NCBI GenBank assembly: GCA_965644295.1
Contig: CBFFRP010000645.1
Coordinates: forward strand, 62,001 to 126,000
Direction: 5' to 3'
DNA length: 64,000 bases
From: Paraphysomonas bandaiensis
Taxonomy: Eukaryota; Protista; Chrysophyceae
Part shown: positions 48,757-61,800 of the stretch, piece after piece
How the letters are laid out: each line of letters begins with the position of its first letter
How positions within the stretch are numbered: the stretch's first letter is position 1
The notes under the pieces: generated by a model
Seen by the model: the letters and a program-made list of their open reading frames with translations, nothing else
What the model was told of the DNA's origin: nothing
Databases searched by the model: none
Position numbers and translations under genes: made by a program

Positions 48757-51730
48757 TCATGGCACACTGAATACCGGAGATTTCTATGTAGAATACAGCA
48801 GAATTCCGGAGATTTCTACGTAGATATCATATGCGAAAGATACCATATGGCAGCGATTAGATGTAATGTCGTATCTAAATAAGATATGTGATTCCACGTA
48901 GAAACCGTATTCACTTTAATATCGAACCTACATTGAATATCTTGTCTGTGTTTAATATCATGGCCACACCACCACGAAGTAAGAGAATGAGAGACGTTCT
49001 TGAAGTCGATGAAGAGGAAGCTCGAGACGTAGCAGGAGAAGTATCATCTGAGAGGACCCATACCAAAACAAAGACAATGTATACAGGCAAAGTGAAGCAC
49101 ATGACGGAGTGGTTTCGTGCTCATTATCCTGAAAGCTTGGATGATGAAGATAAGTTGATAATTCCTGCCAACAAAGATCGAGTGATGGAGTTCTTTGGGG
49201 TTCTGTGTAAAGCAGCAAACGACCGGAAGAAATTAGATGGACCAGACGATATACCCGATGATCAGGACGACCCCTACAGTGCATCACATGTTAAAGGCTA
49301 TAGAAGTACTCTTGTAGATTTGTACACATCGCACAAACTGAAATTGCAGCCGGACTTGGACGTGGAGCTGAAAACTCTCCTTGATGCATATGAGAAACTA
49401 TTAAATCGACTTAGGCAGAGAGGTATGATGAAAATAGGTGAGGGGAAGAAGAAATTGGAGCTGTCAGGGTATGAGATGCTCTGTAAAAAGTTCGTAAAGA
49501 TGTCTGCGCAGTCTGTTAGGGCAGTTGCTGGAAATTGGAAGACATGCACTTTTATGTGGGCGTACTTCGTGCTGCTGTGGAACTGCATGAGCCGGACCGA
49601 ATCAATTGATCAGCTGATGCTTCAGCATATTTATTGGGAAGGTGACTGTCTCATTGTAGAGCAGCAAGGACACAAAGGGGATCAGAAGGGTGACGACAAA
49701 TATGGAAAGCATATTTATGCTAATCCACTTAATCCGTGGAGATGTCCGATCTTGGCCCTTGCAGTCTACATTTTCAGTTACCCGTATCGAAGTGAGAAAG
49801 GAAGGCAACAATTGTTCGTTGGAAGCAATAGTAAAAATCGATTCAGTAAAGATTTTCGTTCTGTTCTGTTTCAATTATCTGAAGATGAGATCGATCAGCT
49901 GGGATGCGACCCCTGTGATATCGGTACACACAGTTGCCGGAAAGGAGGCTGCAGCTACTGTCTTGGCCAAGTGAATGGTCCTAGTCCAGTTACAGTGTTC
50001 CTGCGAATGGACCATTCATTAGGAAAACTTAAAGATCGATATATATTTGCTGGAGATGGAGCAGACCAACTTTGTGGTCGAATGATATGTGGATTGGATT
50101 ACTCTTCACCAGAATTCGGAATACTTCCACCTCATTTTCGTGATGAAGGTGCAGAAGTCCTATCGGAGGCATTTTGGTGCTCTATTGTGACGGACTATAA
50201 TAATTACCCTGATAGTATGAAGACAGTTTTTCCTTTCTTGTTGGCCTCATTATTATATCATGAAAACTATCTTCGGAGTAACTTAGATCCTCAGCACCCT
50301 ATATTTTCGAGTAGGGTATTCACGCAAAATTGTCATTTATCAACGTTGAGGAGTAACATCGTATGCGGAATCTCGCGTTGCCCTTATACGAATATGGTCG
50401 CTACTGGCATTCCAACACACTTAGCCATTGCCACAGAATTGCGTGAAGTATCGGAAGAGGTGAAGCAATTACGACAACAGATGAAGGATGACAGAGATAA
50501 GTTTCCTACCGTAGTTGGCAATTTCGTTGTATCAAAAATCCAAAGCCAATTGGAAGTTAACGGGGCGGTATCGATAACACCTGATGTTTTAAATTCAGCA
50601 ATTTCGTCCCTGGAAGAACGGATCCTCAAAAGTGTTCAAGCGATAGCAACCTGTAATAGGGAAACACCTGCTCTACCTCAGCAGTGTAATCTTTCTGCAG
50701 CAGAGCACACACAGGAATGGTGGCGGACGTTTTATTGGAACGACGGCTTGATATATCATTTTGTTCCTCCTAATTGGCGTTTTCCTAAAGGCATTAGTGT
50801 GAAGACTTTGTGGGACCTCTAGCTTTTTGGTAATCGACAAGAAGGAATCCGACCATATCGGCTTATAAGTAGACTTCACGATTTGACAAAAGCTGATCGG
50901 AATGGTCCTCATCTACGTGCAAGAAAGACAATGGAATACCTTCTGAAACGAGCATGGGAGTGTACTGAAATGCGATTCCAAGATATTACTCTCAGCAATG
51001 GAGATGCCCTGTTTGGTAGAGTATATGAGAGTGCTTTGAAAGAATTGTATAGGGACTTAGGAATGGAATGTAAGGATGTTGGTAATTTGAGTTATGGCAG
51101 TTTCTATAATAGGTTATGTTCTAGTAGTAGAGGTAAATGAGTACTATTTATTATCTATATCAATATTATACTCAGTAATAATAATACGCTCAGTATGTCT
51201 ACTACAGTATTAATATTGTAGCTTTCATTGATATACATATTCTTTTTGACTGTGGAATAGTATTGTTACATATATATGAGCTACGACTCAAGTAATTGGT
51301 AGTTTCAAGAAAGCTATATAGGACAACAAAACAACACATACAGGTACTGGGACTACTTCAGAAGACCTTGACCACTGTGGTGTACCAGCGCGTGTGAATA
51401 GCAACCAGAAGAGGACACGTAGCTCACTCAGTTAAGCAAACAATAATCATATCCTCCTTCCTTAATATACGTGAAATAAGAATAGGTGAAGTGGCACGCT
51501 ATCACCATAATATAACTAATATTTGTTATTTTACGGCGGGTATGTACGTGTGTGCCTGTCTCAAGGGGTGTATATGTGTATGTATGTGAGAGGGTATGTA
51601 GCTCTATTAACAGTCACCCTCACATACATACAAGAACCTGGATCGCTTCAGAGCAGAGACTGAAAGGAACACGACGGTGAAGAAGATATTCTTTTGTTTC
51701 TGGTGTAGATATCACCTCCTCTCATGGCAC
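48757..51730 (+). mobile_element. Crypton-type (CryptonS-like) tyrosine-recombinase DNA transposon; boundaries provisional
   Basis: YR ORF with no RT. A 9-bp direct repeat TCATGGCAC lies at 48757 and 51722, with subterminal inverted motifs. Confidence 0.7.
48960..51140 (+). pseudogene. Crypton tyrosine recombinase with one in-frame TAG (50820-50822) in the C-terminal domain
   Basis: Catalytic set R (CMSR), K (HKGDQ), HxxR (GTHSCRKG), H and Y (RMDHSLGKLKDRY); HIYANP...CPILAL. The frame continues LWDL*LFGNRQEGIRPYR to 51140. Confidence 0.88.
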
Positions 51731-52742
51731 TGTTGATAGTTTAAAGTAACATATGAAGAGATGCGTTATATGATACATACACACTTCACATAATACAACA
51801 CGGTATTCCAAAAACACACATCTACAACCGACACAAACTGAAAAGTATACATGAGTGTGACAGAATTTCACGTACTCCCGCATTGTATATATATATATAC
51901 ACAGCCATATATATATACAATATACACTCACTTGTACCTATGCAGTATATGTATATGTATGTATGCGTACCGGAGTACACCTGTACATGTACACATATAC
52001 AACGTCCAGACTTTCACATGCAAATCCACAAGTTTTTTCACAAAAACCACGGTCGCGCTGATTATATACAGCAGTCTCTAAATCCTAAAAACCTGGCTTT
52101 TTATTAAGTATATACAGAGTACATGTACACTTTGTAGGATATCCGGATATCTGAGAAGTACGTATTCCGTCAATTACGGATAGTCAATAGTACGCAAATA
52201 GAGGGCTGTAGGGCAATGCAGTATAGACAAGTACGTACACACAGAAGTTTCTTGAGGGTAGAAGGGTACATTGGTGTCATTCTGCTGATGATGATGGTGT
52301 CATTCTCTCTCTCCACCAATCAAATTACTCGATATTTTTCATCACACTTTCTTAAACTTCAATTTTCAGTTCTACCCCTTCAAGATCTTCAAGATGCTTT
52401 CGGGAATGGAAACTGATGCAATCTATGATGCATACATACATATATATATATATACATATATACCAAAATCTCCAAATCAGATCAAACACTCACTCTCCCA
52501 TATATACAAAGCCATTGAATAAGATCAAAATCAATTACTATAATCAATTCATTCATTCATTTCAAGTTATTTAATTTTAATTATATATAGTAATGTATAC
52601 AACTGTATTGTCCTGTTTACCCAACTAATATACATACTACTTCATACTTTACTACTTCACTTCACTTCATCTCATTCACATACGCATATATAGTACCTCT
52701 ACTTATATACCTCTATATATATATATAATCACCATCAAAACT

Positions 52743-54140
52743 ATGGAAAATCAAGCCAATAAATCCCCTAAAAATAATAAAAGCAGGGATTATTATGAAT
52801 ATACTGAATATGATATACATACAGAGAGGGATATTCATATGAATGAGAGGGATATACATATACATGAGACTGATATACATAATCAAGATATATTTTATGG
52901 GATTGATTTAGAACCACAATATCGATCAATGACAATGATGAAACCTAATCAAGTACATACTAATCATGATATGATGAAATTATCAACACAATTCAAGGAA
53001 GAAAAAAAAGGGACAAAGGATCATCAAATGGGGACATCAAACAGAACATATGAAGATATTTCACAAGAATTATATGATACATTCACCTCATATGAGAAAC
53101 CAACTAATCCAATTACAGTATTTAATAAACCACGATATGTTGGACCATCTTATTTCATATGTAACTTATTACTTGACGAGATTATCTCACATGTGAATAC
53201 ACAGCTTACTGCTGTACATGAAATTACATATTCATTTGTTCCTGAGAAATGTATGGTATGTTTATTTATTAATATGATATCTTCTTGTTATTAACTGAAG
53301 TACAGTGGAATGTTGTTTACTTACGTGGAGCAGTTAGATGTGAGTTTGAGATTTTTGTGTATCAAGACAATGACTCCTTTGCAGTGAATGCTAATCGCCT
53401 TTCGGTAAGTTTATTCTGCAATATATATATATATGCTAGTGCCCTTTATTTGAAGAAATCTTCATTTTTATGATATTTCTTTGAGTGAGTTTTTATTGGT
53501 GTAGGGTGATGGGATGGCCTTCCACACTGTGTTTAGGAGTTTGAAAGGTGCACTTTGCTCCACTGAAACATCCCCCTCCTCTACTGCGACAGACCCTGAG
53601 GAGTTCTACATGCCTTTGCCACCGACGAAGTCCCTTTTGCAAGATGAGACCTTGGAGGCATTGCGACCAATCATCGCCATGGCAAAGTGTGGTATGGCAG
53701 ACTCACGCACTGAAAGTGCAAAGATTCTTTGCGACTTGTCCTTTCAGAGGGACCTTCACCCCCTCATGAGCGAGTCAGGGTGTGTCAAGGCCCTGATAGG
53801 TTTGATCAAAGAGGACTATCAATATTGTAATCAGCATGCTTTGTGTGCATTGGCCAACCTCTCATCATCTCTGTGCTGTCGGGAACAACTGGTTGAGGAC
53901 CGCACCTTCCTGTCGGACCTTCTTGAGCTCACTCGTGATGGCTCCTACAGCTGCGCCGAGATGAGAAGAGAGTGTGCCCGGATGTTGGCCAACCTTTCAG
54001 AGGCTCAGGCAACCTCTATTATCGATGCGGTTGGGGTAGATCAAGCGTCCAATTGGGTGCGCACTGTAGACACGATGCGAGACGACAGACTCCGTCTACA
54101 TGCAGAAAGGGCAAAGAAGTTTCTTCAGCCGTGCATTTGA
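52743..54140 (+). CDS. Protein with KA1-like alpha/beta domain and C-terminal armadillo repeats
   Basis: Exons 52743-53255, 53306-53404, 53505-54140. FEIFVY...VNANRLSGDGMAFHTVFRSLK is KA1-like. ALCALANLS and ECARMLANLS are ARM-like. Confidence 0.7.
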
Positions 54141-54699
54141 GGAGACTATTAATGGGAATGGTGGAGCATGTATATAAAATATTGTTGTCGTGAAACTTCA
54201 CTTCTATTCCCACTCATTATATTTTGTCTCGTATATATTTCAGTGAATATTCTTCTTGAACAGTAGAAAGGAGTGGTTTGTTCCTCGTACATAATTTAAT
54301 ACTACCTCGATGTTCTTGTGTGTGTTGTTGTGACTACCGGCAGAGATATATGGGAGGGATGTGTAAACAACAAACATTAGCGTAAGTATCATAGTTCATA
54401 GTAAGAAAGAGTAGAGAGTAGGGTCTACGTGTCGTAATACGCAGTGTTATTATTATTTATAAAAAAAGGGGAGATTAAAGAGGTGATCCTTTTTTACTGT
54501 CCTAGCCTCCGAACGAAGATCTATGAAAAAATCTATTTAAGAAAACAATTGACTCTGATGTTAGGTAGCTAAGTTGCTCCTGCAGGAGTGTGAGTGGAAT
54601 GCTGTAAAAGATAGCTGATTAGGAGTTTGGAGCAGTAGGCCCGCCCTGCATATTGGGCTCACGGGCTCGCAGCTCACAGGGCGAACTCTATGGGGCTTA

Positions 54700-55350
54700 A
54701 ATACTGAAGATGAAGAGCGTGAGTGCAACGATATATGTTTTTCTATCAAGCCAAGATGGTTTCTATTTTTCTTCATCAGATGCATCTTGATTTTTCTCGC
54801 TGAATACTCTGCCTCGTTCTTGTGAAACCGTAGCTTCTTGTCATCTTCCCCATCCCTACAACTACCATCCGCTACCATAACAGAAGTTGACATTATTTGC
54901 AAAGGTTTGCTATTCTCAATTGATAAGATGAAATTATAAACATTACGTGATAAAGAATCTAAGTTGTATTCGATGTGTTCAACACCATTCATTTACTACT
55001 ATAGTGTACAAACCACACACGCAGTAGTCGTATCCTGTATAGTCACCAACTTCTAGTACTTCAGTTTCATGCTACACAATATAATGTACTAATTACATAT
55101 ATATATATTTTTCCACCCTTGCATCTCACATAATACTGCACTCTGCACTCAATTGCAAGTATATAGAATCTTCAGATCTCAACAGAATGACGATAAGTAT
55201 ATAGTGGTAAAAGGAATATAGTGACGATGCAAGGTGTAGTGACGAAGTAAGATCGTACGAGAAATGAGTGGTAGTAGAGAGTAGAGACAACTTGAAATTG
55301 ATGAATGACAAGAGATATAGGTTATAATTTATAATTCTCAGCATTGAGTA
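54700..55350 (-). mobile_element. Truncated copia relic: PBS, gag-like N-terminal fragment and LTR-like pieces
   Basis: TGGTAGCGG at 54878-54870. KLRF...KMHLMKKNRNHLGL resembles copia-2 gag FLMRKEQSEVAL. Adjacent pieces recur at 47626 and 25970. Confidence 0.5.
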
Positions 55351-56726
55351 TAAGTTTACCTTCTGTTGTTGAGTTAATACTTCTCATATAATGTCAAACT
55401 TTTATCTAGTCTGCATTATATATCTGTTATCTCTTTGTCTGTTTCTGTTATATATCAATTCACATATATCATATCATTTGTCATAATATTATTCAGTAGA
55501 TCTTGATTTATAAAGGGTCAATAATAACAATTGTATCATTTTGAACATATAATATGTACAAGGATAAGCATATATACAATAGAGAGCTCATAGTTTAAAA
55601 TAACCCAATAGCTGGTTAGTACGTTAGTACACAGTCCAATTAACTGAAAACTATTGCCAATAAATTGAACACCAACTAACTGTTACGCAAGCGTGTAATT
55701 TACAAATTTACACAATCCAAATGACAGTTTCGGATAATATACAACAGTTCAACTTAATTATATTCTATTTGACAGAATGCCGTTTGTCTATACCGGTATA
55801 TCCTTAACGCCAGACTACGTACTGACTCATTCACCTTGTCCTGCATTTGTTCACGAGCACTCGCTATAGTTTCCACCGTAGTAACAGAGGCCATATCTAT
55901 CAGTACCGGTTTCATGTCAACTACAATCTCGCTATTACAGCTACTGCTGTCGAACATAGGCATGAGCGATTCCTATAGGGCGATAGTGGAGTGATATCTA
56001 CACTCCACGTAGAGAACGTAACGAAGCAAACATACGCAAACATACAAGCCAGAGAGACTCAAGCTGTACTGGAGGAGAGTAAATAATCTTGGATGTAGAT
56101 TCTCTATCCAGAGTCACTCTATGGCATAAGGAATCAGTCCGCTATTATGAGGCTATATATAAACATTCCCGAGGCTTTATATGTCTCTAATTATCTCCAT
56201 TCTTACTAGTGTAAAGAGTGAGTGAAGGCTTAACGGAGCATAGCGGATGGAAGCAGGAAGTAGTATGGATGAGGGAAAAGAGGTTTTTATGATATAAACA
56301 CTCGTATATACGAGGGAGATGGCGTTGTATGAGTTAGTTGATTGGGTGTGTAGTACTTGAAGGAATTAGTGTTTGTTTGTTAAGGTATTGGCATGCTTTG
56401 TATATTTTTGTTCCAAGATGCCTTCTAATATTGAGACAACAATTATGTGTATTCCAGCTGTAGTTGTACTGCAGTAATATAGAGAATATTTACTTCAATA
56501 TATTTCCGAAAAATAAGATACTGATTGCCGATGTGCGGAAGGTGGTTTATTGACGGTCATATGGGACTGTGTTTTTTGGTTTGTGGGCCCCGATTTACCA
56601 GGTTTGTAGGAATGTATAGACACAAATGTTGAACTGGCGAAAATTGCTCTTTTATAGTTGTTTGTACAGTATATTGATGATCAAAACAGAGAACACAGCA
56701 CAAAACCTGGGATTTTTGCTAGGTCG

Positions 56727-56849
56727 ACATACATACATACATACATACATACATACATACATACATACATACATACATACATACATACATACATACATAC
56801 ATACATACATACATACATACATACATACATACATACATACATACATACA

Positions 56850-56878
<29 letters not shown>
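56727..56878. repeat. (ACAT)n microsatellite
   Basis: Direct reading. Confidence 0.97.
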
Positions 56879-56884
<6 letters not shown>

Positions 56885-56943
56885 CTCCAGTATGTCTATG
56901 TATGTATCTCTCAATCCATCATATAATCAATCCATATCCAACT

Positions 56944-58241
56944 ATGTCATCTCTACTCTTTTATCCTATTATAACATTCATTCTTTCATTCTTTATCATC
57001 TCTCTATTCTCTTCTTATCATCTCTATCAAACTCTCTTCATATCATTCTTATCTAGCTATCTTTTATTTTATTATAATGGAATTGAATATAAAGATGGTT
57101 ATATATGGCCATATTTTCAATATTTATATATATGGAAATACATAAAAAATTATAATAATGGGAGTATTTCTATACAAAAACCCTTAAATTCAAAACAATT
57201 ATATATTTTTTGTAATTTTCCACATGGGGCATGTATGTATATATCTATATATAGATACATACACTATTTAACATATAGATATATATGTATATGTTTATAG
57301 GTTCTATTAATCATATGATGACAATGACAGATTCATGTGGTATGTTATCACAAATATATAAAGGAGAACGACGTGATTTAATTGCATCCGTATTATTTAT
57401 GTTTCCTGTACTTAGAGAGGTATATATAATCAAACATGATTGTTATAAATATGTGTTTAAATAGAGTGTGTATTGTATAGATACTTCTGTTTCTTGGATG
57501 TGTTGATGCTGATTCAAAGACTGCAAAGTATAATTTAAGTAAAGGTCGTTCTTTGTTGATATATATCGGTATGTATGTAAGTAGATGTAGTTGCCTTTTA
57601 AGTTGCATGTACATATATGTAGGGGGAGAAAAGGAGCAGCTTATGACTACACCTGGTGAGCAGAAGATATACGTGAAGAATAGAAAAGGCTTTATTAAAC
57701 TGGCATTACAGTACGGGGCCCACTTAGTGCCTATGGTATGGCTGATGTACACATGTGTATTCTTATTAATAGAGGAAATATGTCAGTATGCGTTTGGAGA
57801 GAATGAGTGCTATCACGTATCAAAGGCATTTATGGGTAGGCTGCACTATTAAATAACTCATGTGCTGATATCACTCCCAGGGTTACGACTCTGGCTGCAG
57901 GAAAACCTACGGTTGGGTATACCGCTTGTGTGGGGCCGACTTGCTGCACCTCTAGTACCACTCAAAGTGCCTATTACCGTTGAGGTAAACTGAACTATGT
58001 GTGGTATTTTGGATTTATGTAGACAAAGCTTTTAAGCTTTTTTGGCACTATCTCCTGCAGCTTATGTGTGACACATGTATAGATCGGGGAACCTATTGCT
58101 GTTGAGAAGAAGGCTGTCGAAGACATCTCATCTGCTGATATTGATTCATTGCACAGCAAGTTCATAGAAGGAATGGTGAAGCTATTTGACAAGACGAAGG
58201 CTAAGCATGGATGCAAAGATGCTAAACTTCATATCTTTTAA
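56944..58241 (+). CDS. DGAT2: Diacylglycerol/monoacylglycerol acyltransferase type 2 (multi-exon)
   Basis: N-terminal hydrophobic segment, YIFCNFPHG, ASVLFMFPVLRE, GGEKEQ, RKGFIKLAL..GAHLVPMYAFGE, IGEPI. TAA at 58239-58241. Confidence 0.88.
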
Positions 58242-58877
58242 ACCTGTTACTGTGGAAAAGAACTGAGTGCGCCGACTGTCAAATTATCGTATGTTTAAAA
58301 TGTTACCGTCCTACTGCAACTACGAACATTAGAGAAGGGATTATATGTGGACAGTAATTTAAAATATATATTAATTATATCTTACACCTTTTATGAATAA
58401 TGTAGTATCATTTGATTGGATATTATCAAGCATACGACTACTACACTACTACTAACTAATAACTACTACATACCTGTTACATCGCTATTGCATATCGCAG
58501 ATTATATATGCAGTAGCGACTAAAATGATATCTTGAAAGTAAGAGTTGACTCAATTGAACAGTACACTCACAAATGAACTAAACAAAAACTAACGTTGGT
58601 TTTAATCTTCTAGCCATAGTCGGATGGAAAAGAAATACTAAATTGAATAATAGTAATTGGATAATGGGTAATGGGAGGTAAAGCTTCATATTTGTGGCTT
58701 TATTGAGAGGAAGTCGGATATGTGTATATCAGCAATTCTCAAACTTGCACATAAATTGCGTCTGGTTGAAGTGTTATATATTATATAGAGTATGGTGTAT
58801 GGGCACTGATTTTATCATCAGGGCTATGCAACAATGAATGTATTGACTAAAGACCATTTTCAGATGATTAAGATCGT

Positions 58878-61800
58878 TGTAAGAGAAGTTTAAGTTAGTC
58901 AAACTAGATAGATTACTTTATTATAATTGTATACACAATTGTGTGTGTTGTCATGTAACACATGTCAACAACATGATAAATTATTTCGTTCATGTTAACC
59001 ACTGCTCAACTTCCGTATCTTGAATCGTCATGATATAATACTTCAGTTTCACAGTTATAGCTATATAGCACCTTTGACTATTGACTACGTATTACTGTTT
59101 TTCACATTGTATTTAACGTATTCTACAGTACTATCTTAGAGAACCATACGTATTCCAACACTCCTCCTCAATGTAGAAACGAGTAATCGTCATTATACTG
59201 CAGCTATATATATCATCTAGTCATCTTAGGATAAAACGGATGTGAAAATCTTCATAAAGATACTGTGAACATCACACTTCGCTGTAACACAGTTATGTGG
59301 GATTCTTACCCACTAAAAAACACACCCTTAACCTTTCTTGAACCGCTTCTTCTGATTCTTCTCAACTTCATTTGAAATGCTCCTCTTTTCCCCTGTGATA
59401 GTTTCTTCATGGAGTTTAAAGAGCTTTGTAGATAACGCTTTTGTAAATATGTCGGCCGCCATATCCTTAGTCGATACATGAATCAATCTGGCTGTAGGAA
59501 ACCTTCCATTTACGTGTTCCCGAACCCAGTGGTACTTTATCTGAATATGTTTTGATCTTTTGTGATAGACTGGATTTTCTGACAGATCTTTTGCACTCTT
59601 GCTGTCCATGAAGAATGGGGTTGGCTTCGTCAATGCGAGTCCTAGCTCTCGTAACACCCCCCGTAGCCACACCAGTTCTTGCATGGCCGCATATTCAGCC
59701 ATATACTCGGACTCCATACTGGAAGTTGCAACTGTAGTCTGCAGTTTGGACTGCCATGCGATTGCTCCAGCACATAAGAATACAATATAACCGGTAGTTG
59801 AACGTCTCGTTAGTATATCACCTGCCCAGTCCGCATCACTAAATACATGTAAATCAAACTTACTCCCACTGAATTTGATTCCTTTGCTGGTGGTGCCTCT
59901 CAAATATTTCAATAAATGAATAGCTAAACGACACGATGCGTATGTAGGATTACTGCTGTATCTCGATAGTAATCCGATTGCATAGGCGAGATCTGGTCTT
60001 GTGTGGAGTGCGAGATACAGGATTGCTCCAATAATACTACGATACGGAAATTTTGAGACCCAGTCCTCCTGTTCTGATGTAAGTTCCCGTTCTGCAGCTA
60101 GTAGTTCTTGTGCATTTGATGGCAACGGAGCTTCCTTATTCTTTCTACTGTTTCCCATGACATGGTCGAATTTCTGAATCACTTTCTCCGCATACTGTGA
60201 TTGATCTAGTTTGAACCAGTCTTCGCCTCTCGTGATTCGAATATTTAGGAAACTTTGGCACTCTCCCATGTCCCTCATTTCAAACGTTTGGCAGAACTTG
60301 TTCTTGACAAAAACAAGGAATTCAAAATCCACAGATGCGATTATGATGTCATCTACATACAGGAGTAATAACGTAAGTTTGCCTTGGTGCCAACGATAAT
60401 ATAAGCAGGTATCTAACACGCATGATCTAAACTGCATTGACTTTATGAATTTATCGATGTGGCGATTCCACTGACGCGGTGAGGCTCGTAAACCATATAG
60501 TGCTTTGATGAGTTTAAAACACCATCCATTGCTGAGCTCCTCATCTGGAGGTGGGTACATGTAGACATCTTCATCTAAATTTGCATAACAAAATGCAGAA
60601 CTGACATCAAGCTGGTGTACATGCATATGGAACATAAAAGCAATTGCAATCACGAGCCTGATAGTTATCCCTTTGACAACCGGTGCAAATGTAGATGGCT
60701 CCTCCTCAGTTTTCTCCTGAAGATTTCCTAGTGCGACTAGTCGAGCTTTATACTTCTGTATGTTGCCTAGTATGTCACGCTTGAGTTTGTGAACATACTT
60801 ACATCTGATTAATTTGACCCCAGATGGTCGACGTACTATCTTCAAAACGCCTCTTCGTAAAAGAGCTTTCTTCTCTATTCGTCTGGCTGTTCTCCATTCT
60901 TCCGCTTGAGGGGACCTCTCCGCCTCTAGAAAACTGTTCGGTTCATGGACGTGTTTATTCTCAGTACTCTCCTCTGAATCCATGACATTTACATCGGCAT
61001 CCATTACCTCTATCATGTTAATTTCTCCTAACACTGAAGCATTAGCTAGCCTCCTCCGTAAACGCTTACGTTTCTCTGCATCCCTTTTAGATACTCTCTG
61101 TAGGGTATTAGTACTGTTAGAATTTATAGTATCAGTATATTCAGGTACTCCCTGTTTTACTGCTCGATCAGGTTCTCCCTGAGCTGCATCTGCATCAAGT
61201 ACTCCTTGAGTCATATCTTCATCAGGTGCTCCCTGAATAATACCATGGTTAACTAGCTGCTCCTGATGGCTCTCAGGTGCTGGGATAGTGGACGTACTCC
61301 GTCCATCAGTGGTACTAGAAGCGTCCCTCGTTCCCGTATATCCCGTGTATCCCGTGTATCCAGGCGTATTCCTTGTCATTACCTGAACATCTTCTATATG
61401 TATGGGTACCTTCTGCTCAATGTGGGTTCTCCCCGCAGTTACAAGTGACCGATAACCAACAATGACACCCTTTCTTTCTACCACTCTGGTGGTCTTGTAC
61501 AACAGCCCGTCTTCATCGTCTATGTGAAAAGTCTTCACGAGATGCTGATAATCATTCACCGTCTTTGGTCTAGGTGCTGTTCGTACTCGAAGAGCGTCGA
61601 TTTCTGCGTAATATTCTTCGGTGCGGGAAGGTATACTCTCATCTGTGAGTATGTGTACACACGTAATTACCTTATCGGTTGCTGGGAGATACACCTGGTA
61701 TCCAACTTTATCTTCCGAATATCCCACTAGGTATCCAATCTTTGATTTATCGTCCCAGTCCTTTCGCCTGTCCGCCTTAGGTGTCAATATATAAGTTTTG

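Noticed and set aside
51093-51100. TATGGCAG matching 48846 as Crypton termini
   Set aside because: It falls inside the recombinase reading frame. The TCATGGCAC pair encloses the whole ORF and gives symmetric junctions.
54561-54992. 143-aa ORF as a host gene
   Set aside because: It starts inside a dispersed repeat and crosses a PBS; better explained as a retroelement relic.
57200-57235. DGAT2 FPHG instead of HPHG
   Set aside because: The first residue of this motif varies among plant and algal DGAT2 enzymes, so it is not notable.
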